From positions 1 to 31,850 of the forward strand of contig JBOHAJ010000271.1 in the NCBI GenBank assembly GCA_050697715.1: a DNA stretch of 31,850 nt. Direction: 5' to 3'. Numbering within the stretch: the first letter of the stretch is position 1; every line of letters starts with the position of its first letter. Of the stretch, positions 1-10,177 are shown piece by piece. Both the position numbers and the translations under genes were made by a program. The stretch comes from Gaiellaceae bacterium (GTDB taxonomy: Bacteria > Actinomycetota > Thermoleophilia > Gaiellales > Gaiellaceae). Under the pieces are notes generated by a model. The model ran no database searches. It was not told the DNA's origin and was given only the letters and a program-made list of their open reading frames with translations.

Positions 1-231
1 GAACCGGGTCTCCTGCACCACGTCTTCCAGAGGCGCACCGTCGAGCAGGTCGTAGATCGAGCCGCCGTGCGGACGCTCTCCGAGACCGGACGTCGCGTTC
101 GCCTGCGGGTCGAGGTCGACAACGAGCGTCGGCGCGCCCGCCTCGGCGAGGCAGGCGGCGAGGTTCACGGCCGTCGTCGTCTTTCCGACACCGCCTTTCT
201 GGTTCGCAAGCGCGAGCACGGTTCCCGCCAC
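1..231 (-). CDS. parA: ParA/Soj chromosome partitioning ATPase, N-terminal part (runs off window edge)
   Basis: Manual translation from GTG 231: [51 protein letters not shown], the deviant Walker A (KGGVGKTT) and DLDPQ.NAT motifs; lies downstream of rsmG as usual. Confidence 0.95.
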   Translation of the reverse strand, partial: MAGTVLALANQKGGVGKTTTAVNLAACLAEAGAPTLVVDLDPQANATSGLGERPHGGSIYDLLDGAPLEDVVQETRF

Positions 232-238
232 GGGAGCG

Positions 239-244
239 ATGCTA
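239..244 (-). promoter_or_regulatory. Putative -10 element TAGCAT, 7 nt before the parA GTG (leaderless transcript)
   Basis: Minus strand reads TAGCAT-cgctccc-GTG; no Shine-Dalgarno in the gap. Confidence 0.55.
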
Positions 245-245
245 C

Positions 246-863
246 TCAGGCGAGAGGACGTTTCCGGGCGAGCCCAGGCCGGCGCGGGAAGCGCTCGGGG
301 GTGGGCGCAATCTTGGGAAAGACGAGCAGGCGCCGGCGCTCGCTCCCCGGCACCTCGTGGACCTCCGGCGGCCCACCGCCGACCTCGGCCGCCGCCTGCG
401 CGGACGCCTCCAGCTCGACCTCGCCCGTGAAGAGAATCGCCCGGCCGCCGAAGCGGACGAGCGGAAGACACCACTCCACCGCGACCGGGGGCGGCGCAAG
501 CGCTCGCGCCAGCGCCGTCCCGTACGCCTCCCGCCCTCGTCCCCGAGCGTGCTCCTCGACGCGTGCGCAGACCACCCGGACGTTCGGAAAGGCGCCGGCT
601 ATCTCCTCGAGGAAGGAGCACTTGCGCCGTTGGGACTCCAGCAGGTCGAAGCGGAGCTCGGGCCGGGCGGCCGCGAGGGGAAGTCCGGGCGAGCCCCCTC
701 CCGAGCCCACGTCCACCAGAGGTCCCTCCCCCAGCAGCGGCAACGCCGCCAGAGCGTCCTCGAGGTGGACCCGCCGCGCCTCGTCGAGGCTCCGCACCGC
801 CGTCAACCCAGGCGTGGCGACGAGCGCCTCGAGCCAGCGTTCGAGCCGAGCGTCCTCAGTCAG
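246..863 (-). CDS. rsmG: 16S rRNA m7G527 methyltransferase RsmG (GidB); start uncertain, likely CTG at 863
   Basis: [14 protein letters not shown] motif, LTAVR...H.EDAL, ARALA, FPRRPG.ARKRPL C-terminus. ORF track starts at TTG 806 but the frame is open back to CTG 863 ([24 protein letters not shown]). Confidence 0.92.
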   Translation of the reverse strand: MTEDARLERWLEALVATPGLTAVRSLDEARRVHLEDALAALPLLGEGPLVDVGSGGGSPGLPLAAARPELRFDLLESQRRKCSFLEEIAGAFPNVRVVCARVEEHARGRGREAYGTALARALAPPPVAVEWCLPLVRFGGRAILFTGEVELEASAQAAAEVGGGPPEVHEVPGSERRRLLVFPKIAPTPERFPRRPGLARKRPLA

Positions 864-1554
864 CGGCCGGGGCGACGACGACGTGCCGGTTCGGCTCCGT
901 GCCCTCGCTCGACGTAGCGATGTCCTGCCGCTCGGCGAGATGGAGGTGAACGATCTTCCGCTCCACCGCGGTCATCGGTTCCAGGGCGATCGGTCGTCCG
1001 CCCTCGAGCGCGTCGGCGGCGGCACGATCGGCCACGCGTGTCAGCGAGTCGCGCCGCCGTTCCCGGTAGCCGGCCGCGTCGACCACGATCTCCTTTCTGT
1101 CCTCGCTGCCCTTCCAGACGATCGCGTTCGCGAGGTACTGGACCGCGTCGATGGTGTGCCCGTGCTTGCCGATCACGAGGCCGAGGTCGGAGCCGGAGAG
1201 GGTGGCGTACAGCCGGTCCTCGTCCTCCGCGATGTCGACCCGGCAGCGGCAGCCGAGGGCTTCAGTGACGCGCTCGAGGAGCTCTCGGAGGAGCGCGGCC
1301 GAAGAGCCTGGCTCCTCGGAGGCCGGCGGCGCGGGAGCGGGGCCGGTGAGGGCGGCGATCACCTTGGCGGGCGCGTACCCGACGCCGAGCAGGCCACGTT
1401 CGCCTTCCGAGAGAACCGTGAAACGGACGTTGGACTCCTCCACCCCGGGGAAGCGCCGCTCGAGCTCGCGGAGCGCAGACCATTTCGCTTCGCCGACGGT
1501 TTCCCCCGTGGCCTCGACCGCCGTCTCGGGAAGAGCCTGCCCCTGCTCGCTCAT
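856..1554 (-). CDS. jag: Jag/KhpB (EloR) RNA-binding protein (Jag-N, KH, R3H)
   Basis: GLLGVG in Jag-N, GLVIGKHGHTIDAVQYL KH motif, LEPMTAVERKIVH R3H, SEGTEPNRHVVV; ATG 1554 overlaps yidC stop (ATGA). Confidence 0.95.
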   Translation of the reverse strand: MSEQGQALPETAVEATGETVGEAKWSALRELERRFPGVEESNVRFTVLSEGERGLLGVGYAPAKVIAALTGPAPAPPASEEPGSSAALLRELLERVTEALGCRCRVDIAEDEDRLYATLSGSDLGLVIGKHGHTIDAVQYLANAIVWKGSEDRKEIVVDAAGYRERRRDSLTRVADRAAADALEGGRPIALEPMTAVERKIVHLHLAERQDIATSSEGTEPNRHVVVAPAAD

Positions 1555-2390
1555 CGCCGCGACCTGGGTCCCTTCTTCTTGCGTCTGCGCACGCGTTGCT
1601 GTCCAGCCGCGGGTCTGGCTTCCTGCGCTCGTTCCACGGTCGCTCCGTCGCCGGAGGGCGCAGGCGCCCGGGGCGGCGTCCTCGACGTGCGCTTGGGCGG
1701 CGGCTCCGGCTTCGGCACGAGCCTCCGCGTTACGAGCCCTTGCCCGACGGTCCAGAGGTTCGTCGTCACCCAGTACAGCATGAGGCCCATGGGGAAGTTG
1801 ACGATGAAGAAGGCGAAGACGAACGGGAGCGCAATGAAGATGTAGCGCTGCTGCTTGTTCATCGTCGTCGCCATGAAGAGCGTCGACGCGACCTGACTCG
1901 CGATGTAGATCACGAGGAGCAGGTAGCCGGACCAGTGCGTGCTGATGTTGTCGGTGATGCTGGGGACGATGCCCAGCCACCCGAGATCGCTGATCGTCTC
2001 GCCCTGCGCCCGGTACTCGGGGAAGATGTCGTCGTCGAAGCCGTTCAGGACGAAGAAGAGCGAGATGAAGACGGGGATCTGGAGCAGAATCGGGAGGCAC
2101 GACGCGGCGGGGTTGATCTTGTTCTCCCGGTAGAAGCGCATGACCTCTTCCTGCTGGCGCTTCTTGTCGTTCTTGTACTTCTGCTGGAGCGCCTTCAGCT
2201 CGGGCGCGTGGGCCTGAAGGTGCTGCATCGAGCGGATCTGCTTGACCGTGAGCGGCACGATCACGATCCGGACGATGATCGTGAGCGCGATGATCGCCCA
2301 GGCCCAGGGAAGACCGATCGTCGTGTGCAGCCACTCGAGGAGGGCGGCGAGCGGTCGCTGGATGGGATCGGTGATCCCTGCGAAGATCAC
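1551..2390 (-). CDS. yidC: Membrane protein insertase YidC/Oxa1, short form with basic C-terminal tail
   Basis: WAIIALTIIVR..IVPL, ENKINPAASCLPILLQIPVF, GLMLYWVTTNLW; GTG 2390 overlaps yidD stop (GTGA). Confidence 0.95.
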   Translation of the reverse strand: MIFAGITDPIQRPLAALLEWLHTTIGLPWAWAIIALTIIVRIVIVPLTVKQIRSMQHLQAHAPELKALQQKYKNDKKRQQEEVMRFYRENKINPAASCLPILLQIPVFISLFFVLNGFDDDIFPEYRAQGETISDLGWLGIVPSITDNISTHWSGYLLLVIYIASQVASTLFMATTMNKQQRYIFIALPFVFAFFIVNFPMGLMLYWVTTNLWTVGQGLVTRRLVPKPEPPPKRTSRTPPRAPAPSGDGATVERAQEARPAAGQQRVRRRKKKGPRSRR

Positions 2391-2632
2391 GGGCGGCCCC
2401 CTCGCGCTCGGAAGAGCGTCTGGTCGTGGGCGTAGTCGACCCCGCCGTGGCTCCACGGATTGCAGCGAAGTAGCCGCCAGCCGGCGAGGACGAGTCCGCG
2501 CAGGACCCCGAACTCCCGCAGCGCATCGAGCGCGTACTGGGAGCAGCTCGGGTGGTATTTGCAGCGGGGCCCGAGGAGGGGGCTGACCGCCACGCGGTAG
2601 GCGCGGACGGGAAGGGCGACGAGCGTCCTCAC
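2387..2632 (-). CDS. yidD: Membrane protein insertion efficiency factor YidD
   Basis: [12 protein letters not shown]...[17 protein letters not shown] 2632 overlaps rnpA stop. Confidence 0.95.
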   Translation of the reverse strand: MRTLVALPVRAYRVAVSPLLGPRCKYHPSCSQYALDALREFGVLRGLVLAGWRLLRCNPWSHGGVDYAHDQTLFRARGGRP

Positions 2633-2991
2633 GGTGCTTCCACTCCCTCGGAGCGCCGGAAGACCTCGCCCACCCGCTCGACGAGCCACGAGAACCCTCG
2701 GCTCTCGATCGCATCCGGCAACCCCGGGCGCGCGATGAGCACGTAGTCGTGTCCGGCCGGCAGCCCTTCCCACACCTCGTCGAACGCGGCGCGCAGCCGA
2801 CGCTTCACACGGGTGCGCTCGACAGCACCGCCGAGCTGGCGGGAGACGGCGAGCCCGAGACGCGCTTCGCCCTCGTGGTCGTCGTCGCGCGGAAAGGAGT
2901 AGAGCACCAGGTAGCGCGAGGAGACCGACCGCCCGCGGCGGTACACGGCGTCGAAGTCGCGCGAGCGCGAAAGGCGGTGGCGACGCTTCAC
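2629..2991 (-). CDS. rnpA: Ribonuclease P protein component
   Basis: [39 protein letters not shown] (RNR-type motif); between rpmH and yidD. Confidence 0.95.
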   Translation of the reverse strand: MKRRHRLSRSRDFDAVYRRGRSVSSRYLVLYSFPRDDDHEGEARLGLAVSRQLGGAVERTRVKRRLRAAFDEVWEGLPAGHDYVLIARPGLPDAIESRGFSWLVERVGEVFRRSEGVEAP

Positions 2992-3008
2992 TGCGGGCTC
3001 CGCAGACA

Positions 3009-3036
3009 GCCTAGTGCCCCTCCAGGAGCACTAGGC
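3009..3036 (-). promoter_or_regulatory. Strong hairpin over the rpmH stop codon (mRNA-stabilising or attenuating stem)
   Basis: Minus-strand RNA GCCUAGUGCUCC-UGGA-GGGGCACUAGGC, a 12-bp stem with one G-U pair; no U-tract. Confidence 0.5.
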
Positions 3037-3165
3037 AGAGACGCGCTTGCGCCCCTTGGCCCGGCGGCGCTTGATAATCGCGCGGCCTCCTCGGGTCGCC
3101 ATGCGCGCCCGGAAGCCGTGGCGACGCTTGCGCCGACGGACGTTCGGCTGAAAGGTTCGCTTCAC
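3031..3165 (-). CDS. rpmH: 50S ribosomal protein L34
   Basis: GTG 3165: [44 protein letters not shown] (44 aa). Confidence 0.98.
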   Translation of the reverse strand: MKRTFQPNVRRRKRRHGFRARMATRGGRAIIKRRRAKGRKRVSA

Positions 3166-3209
3166 AGAGGATCGATCGGGGAAAAGGCCGCACCGGCGGC
3201 CGCGCGACC

Positions 3210-3215
3210 AGTATA
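3210..3215 (-). promoter_or_regulatory. Putative -10 element (TATACT) of the rpmH operon
   Basis: Near-consensus hexamer about 45 nt upstream of rpmH in a GC-rich background. Confidence 0.55.
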
Positions 3216-3260
3216 GAGGAGGCTCTTCGAGCCCCGCGCAGGCTCTTTTTGCAACCTTTT

Positions 3261-3336
3261 CCATCCACAGGCGCAACAGCGCACGGCAAGCGCGAAGCGG
3301 GCATCTTTCCACACCTGTGGAAAGAGATGTGGAGAC
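3261..3336. promoter_or_regulatory. DnaA-box cluster upstream of dnaA
   Basis: CCATCCACA 3261-3269, CTTTCCACA 3305-3313, inverted TGTGGAAAG 3316-3324, TGTGGAGAC 3328-3336; all keep the TCCACA core of TTATCCACA. Confidence 0.75.
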
Positions 3337-3393
3337 ATGGAAAGGCCTGCAAACCACCTGTTTTTGCCTCTCGCAATTCCCCAGGCGAAGGCA

Positions 3394-3423
3394 TTGCTGG
3401 CGGCAAGAGCGCGCTGCTATCAT
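3394..3423 (+). promoter_or_regulatory. Putative dnaA promoter
   Basis: TTGCTG (3394-3399), 18-nt spacer, extended -10 TGcTATCAT (3415-3423). Confidence 0.6.
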
Positions 3424-3462
3424 CGCGCGTTCCTGGAGTCAGGCTGGAGGCGGAACAAGGGC

Positions 3463-4824
3463 GTGGAGCGAGCGGTAGGGCTGGGTGCGACCGGTCTTTG
3501 GACCGAGGTCTCTGCCCGCCTTCGGGACGCCCTCAACGACTCGACCTACAACACCTGGTTCGGCGAGGCCGTTGCCGGCGAGCGCGATGACCGTGCCTTT
3601 GTTGTCGTCGTGCCGAACGACTTCACGCGCGAGTGGATCGAGGGGCACTTCCGCGGCCTCCTCGAGGAGATTGTCCGCGACGCGTCGGGCGAACAGAAGG
3701 ACGTACGAGTCGCAGTCGCCGAGGCCGAGCCTCCACGCAAAGCCGCCCGCGAACCGGGCGGCCTCCTCATCCCGCCGCAACCCGGGCGCACCGGGGACGG
3801 GCTCAACCCGAAGTACACGTTCGATTCCTTCGTCATCGGCTCCTCGAACCGTTTTGCGCACGCAGCCGCGCTCGCAGTCGCCGAGGCGCCAGCGCAGGCC
3901 TACAACCCGCTTTTCATCTACGGAGGAACGGGCCTCGGGAAGACACACCTGCTGCAGGCGATCGCAGCCTACGTCAGCGAGCATTCTCACAACCTGGCTG
4001 CGCGCTACGTCACGAGCGAGACGTTCATGAACGACTTCATCAACTCACTACGCGACAAGCGCATCGAGGGTTTCAAGCAGCGCTATCGCCACTACGACGT
4101 GCTTCTGATCGACGACATCCAGTTCTTCGAGCACAAGGAGCGCATCCAGGAGGAGTTTTTCCACACTTTCAACAGCCTTTACGAGGCGGGCCGCCAGATC
4201 GTCATCTCGTCCGACCGGCCGCCGCGCGCGATCGCCACTCTCGAAGCGCGCCTGCGCTCACGGTTCGAGTGGGGCCTCATCACGGATATCCAACCCCCCG
4301 ACCTCGAGACGCGGATCGCCATCCTCCGCAAGAAGGTGAAGACGGACGCCATCCACGTCCCCGACTCGCAGGTCCTGACCTTCGTCGCCAGCCTCATCTC
4401 GACGAACATTCGCGAGCTTGAGGGTGCGCTCACCCGGGTCGTCGCCTTCTCGTCTCTCACCGGCCGCCCGATGACGGGCGAGCTCGCACAGGAGGTTCTC
4501 AAAGACGTCTTCCCACAGGGGGAGATGGCAGAGATCTCGATCGAGCAGATCCAAGAGACCGTCGTCGACCGCTTTGGCATCTCCATGCAAGAGCTCACCG
4601 GCGACCGCCGCTCGCAGTCGATCGTCTACCCGCGCCAGGTCGCCATGTACCTGTCTCGCGAGCTCACGGACAGCTCACTGCCCAAGATCGGCAAGAAGTT
4701 CGGCGGCCGCGACCACACGACCGTCATCCACGCCACGTCGAAGATCGCGAAGCTGATCCGCGAGGATCGAAACGTCTACAACCTCGTCCAGGAGCTCACG
4801 GCTCGGATCAAGCAGGCCCGTTGA
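3463..4824 (+). CDS. dnaA: Chromosomal replication initiator DnaA
   Basis: [47 protein letters not shown]. Start placed at GTG 3463 (downstream of promoter) rather than ORF-track 3337. Confidence 0.98.
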   Translation: MERAVGLGATGLWTEVSARLRDALNDSTYNTWFGEAVAGERDDRAFVVVVPNDFTREWIEGHFRGLLEEIVRDASGEQKDVRVAVAEAEPPRKAAREPGGLLIPPQPGRTGDGLNPKYTFDSFVIGSSNRFAHAAALAVAEAPAQAYNPLFIYGGTGLGKTHLLQAIAAYVSEHSHNLAARYVTSETFMNDFINSLRDKRIEGFKQRYRHYDVLLIDDIQFFEHKERIQEEFFHTFNSLYEAGRQIVISSDRPPRAIATLEARLRSRFEWGLITDIQPPDLETRIAILRKKVKTDAIHVPDSQVLTFVASLISTNIRELEGALTRVVAFSSLTGRPMTGELAQEVLKDVFPQGEMAEISIEQIQETVVDRFGISMQELTGDRRSQSIVYPRQVAMYLSRELTDSSLPKIGKKFGGRDHTTVIHATSKIAKLIREDRNVYNLVQELTARIKQAR

Positions 4825-5003
4825 CAACGCTGGGGACGACCTGCGCCTCGTTGGGGACATGTCCTGGGAGCCCGGTTGGCGGTGGAAAAGCCGCTCCTTC
4901 TCCCCAGCACCATCCTCAGGCGCAACCGCGCATGGCTCCACGGCTCCGCGCCGTCTTCCCCGTGATTCACACTGTCTATGACTACGACTAAAGGTTTCTC
5001 TTA
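4819..5003. other. oriC: Replication origin oriC (dnaA-dnaN intergenic region)
   Basis: Degenerate boxes CGTTGACAA 4819, TGGGGACGA 4831, TGGGGACAT 4852, GGTGGAAAA 4881, TTCTCCCCA 4898, TGATTCACA 4963; then trio run TAT-GAC-TAC-GAC-TAA 4977-4991 and AT-rich tail; coding strand switches near here. Confidence 0.85.
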
Positions 5004-6143
5004 ATGACATCCATAGATACCGTTGCGCTCACCACGATGCGCCTCACCGCCGGCAAGAACGAGCTCGCTGACAAGCTTCAGATCGTCGGCCGTGGCGTAT
5101 CGACGCGGACAAGCGTTCAGATCCTGGCGGGGATCATGCTGCGCGCCGTGGACGGCCGGTTGGAGCTCTCCGCCACCGACATGGAGATCTCGCTGCGGGT
5201 CTTGCTCGATGCGCAGGTGGAAGAGGAAGGCGCGGTCGTCGTTCCCGGCCGGTTGCTGGTCGACATCGTGCGGCTTCTGCCCGGCGGCGAGGTCGCGCTC
5301 GAGCACCGGGCGGAGGAGGGAATCGCTCGACTGATGTCAGGCTCCGCGTCCTACCAGCTGCACACGTATGGGCCGGAGGACTTTCCCCGCTTGCCGGAGA
5401 TCGATCCCGACAGCGCGTTCACGGTCGACCGAGAGGCGTTCCTGGACACGATCTCACGCGTTGGGCGGTCGGCGTCACGCGACGAGTCTCGGCCGGTGCT
5501 GACCGGTGTTCTCGTGCGCTTCGAAGGGGGGAAGGTGGTGATGGCGGCCACCGACTCCTATCGCCTCAGCGTCAAGGAGACACTACTCACTCGTGGCCCG
5601 AAGCAAGAGTTCGAGGCGATCGTGCCGGGTCGCGCGCTTGCGGAGCTCATGCGGGTTGCCCAAGCAGCCGAGAGCGAGACGCTGACTGTGGGGGTCCAGG
5701 AAAACCAGGTCGCCTTCGGAGTGGACGGCGTGTGGTTAACAGCTCGACGGATCGACGGGCAGTTTCCGAACTACCGGCAGCTTCTTCCGGAGCAGTTCGA
5801 GGCCGAGGTGCGCCTTCCCCGCGAGGAGTTACTCGACGTCGTTCGGCGAACGGGCCTGCTCGCTCAGCGGAAGTCGCCGCTCAGGCTCCGCTTCGAGGAG
5901 GGGCAGCTGACGGTGTCCGCGCAGACCCAGGACGTCGGGGAGGCGCACGAGTCGCTCCCCGTTTCGTACGGCGGCGAGGCGATGGAGATCGGCTTCAACG
6001 CGGAGTTCCTCCGCGACGGCCTCGAGTCGGTCACGGACGAGACCGTGCGCTTGAAGTTCATCAGCCCGCTCCGGCCGGGGCTCCTCCACGGCGAGGGCGA
6101 CGACTTTCTGTACCTGATCATGCCGATCAGGCTCGCGGGCTGA
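5004..6143 (+). CDS. dnaN: DNA polymerase III beta clamp (alternative start ATG 5037)
   Basis: LSATDMEISL, SRPVLTGV, AATDSYRLS, IDGQFPNY, IGFNAEFL, YLIMPIRL. Confidence 0.98.
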   Translation: MTSIDTVALTTMRLTAGKNELADKLQIVGRGVSTRTSVQILAGIMLRAVDGRLELSATDMEISLRVLLDAQVEEEGAVVVPGRLLVDIVRLLPGGEVALEHRAEEGIARLMSGSASYQLHTYGPEDFPRLPEIDPDSAFTVDREAFLDTISRVGRSASRDESRPVLTGVLVRFEGGKVVMAATDSYRLSVKETLLTRGPKQEFEAIVPGRALAELMRVAQAAESETLTVGVQENQVAFGVDGVWLTARRIDGQFPNYRQLLPEQFEAEVRLPREELLDVVRRTGLLAQRKSPLRLRFEEGQLTVSAQTQDVGEAHESLPVSYGGEAMEIGFNAEFLRDGLESVTDETVRLKFISPLRPGLLHGEGDDFLYLIMPIRLAG

Positions 6144-7222
6144 TCGTCGGCGCGGTCTCGCTTCGGAACTTCCGCTCGTACGCCGGGCTCGAGCTCTCAC
6201 TTCCACCCGGCCTCGTGCTCGTCACCGGCCCGAACGGTGTCGGAAAGACGAACCTCCTCGAAGCACTGCACTTCGGAAGCCAGGGGTTCTCGCCCCGCAC
6301 GCGTGCGGAGGCGCGGCTGGTGCGCTTCGGCGAACGGGCAGCGCGTGTCGGTCTGCGCGGCCGGGAGGGAGACGTTCCCGTAGAGACCGAGGTGACGATC
6401 GCGCAGGGCGAGGGGAAGCGGATTCGCCTGAACGGAGCCGCCGCCGCCGGCGCAGACGAGCTGCGCACGCGCTTGGCGGCGCTCGTCTTCACCCCCGATC
6501 GGCTGGCCGTCGTGAAGGGCGGCCCAATCGTGCGCCGGACGTACCTCGACCGGATGCTCGGCCGAGTCTTCCCGCCTCGCGCCGGCCTCCCTTCCGAGTA
6601 CGGCCACGCGCTTGCACAACGCAATGCGGCCCTCCGCCGTGCGGCCGGCAGGCTGTCCTCGCGCGAGGTACTGGAGCCGTGGACGCGGCAGGTCGCCCGG
6701 CTCGGCGACGAGCTCGAGCAAAGCCGGGCGGAGCTCGCCCGCCTGCTTGCGCCCGGCTTCGCCGAGCGTGCCCAGGAGATCGGGTTGGCGGCCGCGCGCC
6801 TTGGGTACGAGGAGCGCGGCCTCACCTTCGAGGAGCTCGATGCCCGGCTGGAGCGCGACCTCGAACGGGGCTCGACCGGAGCCGGGCCACATCTTCGGGA
6901 CGTGTCCATCAGCGCTCGTGGGCGCGACCTGCGCACGTTCGGCTCGCAAGGTGAGCAACGGATGGGCGTGCTGGCTCTTCTCCTCTCCGAGGCCTTGCTC
7001 CTGGCCCAGCTTCGCGGTTCGGCTCCGCTCTTGCTCCTCGACGACGTGCTCAGCGAGCTCGACGAGAGCCGCCGTCTCAATCTGCTCGCCGGCTTGCCGC
7101 CCGGCGCTCAGACGATCGTCACTGCGACGGACTTGACGAAATGGCCCGCGGCCGCTGTACCGGCGGCCGCGCACGTCCACGTCCACCGCGAAGACGACGT
7201 CAGCATGGCAGAGGCGGCATGA
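6140..7222 (+). CDS. recF: DNA replication and repair protein RecF; likely CTG start at 6140
   Basis: LRNFRSY, Walker A GPNGVGKTNLLEA, GSQGEQR signature, LLLLDDVLSELD Walker B; follows dnaN. Confidence 0.95.
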   Translation: MIVGAVSLRNFRSYAGLELSLPPGLVLVTGPNGVGKTNLLEALHFGSQGFSPRTRAEARLVRFGERAARVGLRGREGDVPVETEVTIAQGEGKRIRLNGAAAAGADELRTRLAALVFTPDRLAVVKGGPIVRRTYLDRMLGRVFPPRAGLPSEYGHALAQRNAALRRAAGRLSSREVLEPWTRQVARLGDELEQSRAELARLLAPGFAERAQEIGLAAARLGYEERGLTFEELDARLERDLERGSTGAGPHLRDVSISARGRDLRTFGSQGEQRMGVLALLLSEALLLAQLRGSAPLLLLDDVLSELDESRRLNLLAGLPPGAQTIVTATDLTKWPAAAVPAAAHVHVHREDDVSMAEAA

Positions 7223-7253
7223 ACGCCGCTCGTCTTCGGCGAAGGGTCGGTCC

Positions 7254-7257
<4 letters not shown>
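7219..7257 (+). CDS. Possible 12-aa bridging mini-ORF MNAARLRRRVGP
   Basis: ATG overlaps recF stop (ATGA) and its TGA overlaps dciA ATG (ATGA); no homology evidence. Confidence 0.3.
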
Positions 7258-10164
<2,907 letters not shown>

Positions 10165-10177
10165 GGCGCGGTGATCG

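Noticed and set aside
856..863. Absence of mnmE/mnmG between jag and rsmG
   Set aside because: Normal gene order for Actinomycetota
67..1845. 592-aa plus-strand ORF and other long antisense or alternate-frame ORFs (7108-9954, 10390-12180, 28031-29776 and others)
   Set aside because: Shadow ORFs of real genes in high-GC DNA; Arg/Ala/Pro-rich with no recognisable motifs
3337..3462. N-terminal extension of DnaA in the ORF track (similar extensions for rpmH, jag, yidC, fabZ, fabF, accA)
   Set aside because: They run through promoters or upstream genes; better starts exist at overlaps or after promoters
5730..5835. TTA codons in dnaN as bldA-type regulation
   Set aside because: That mechanism is established for Streptomyces accessory genes; TTA in an essential gene argues against it here
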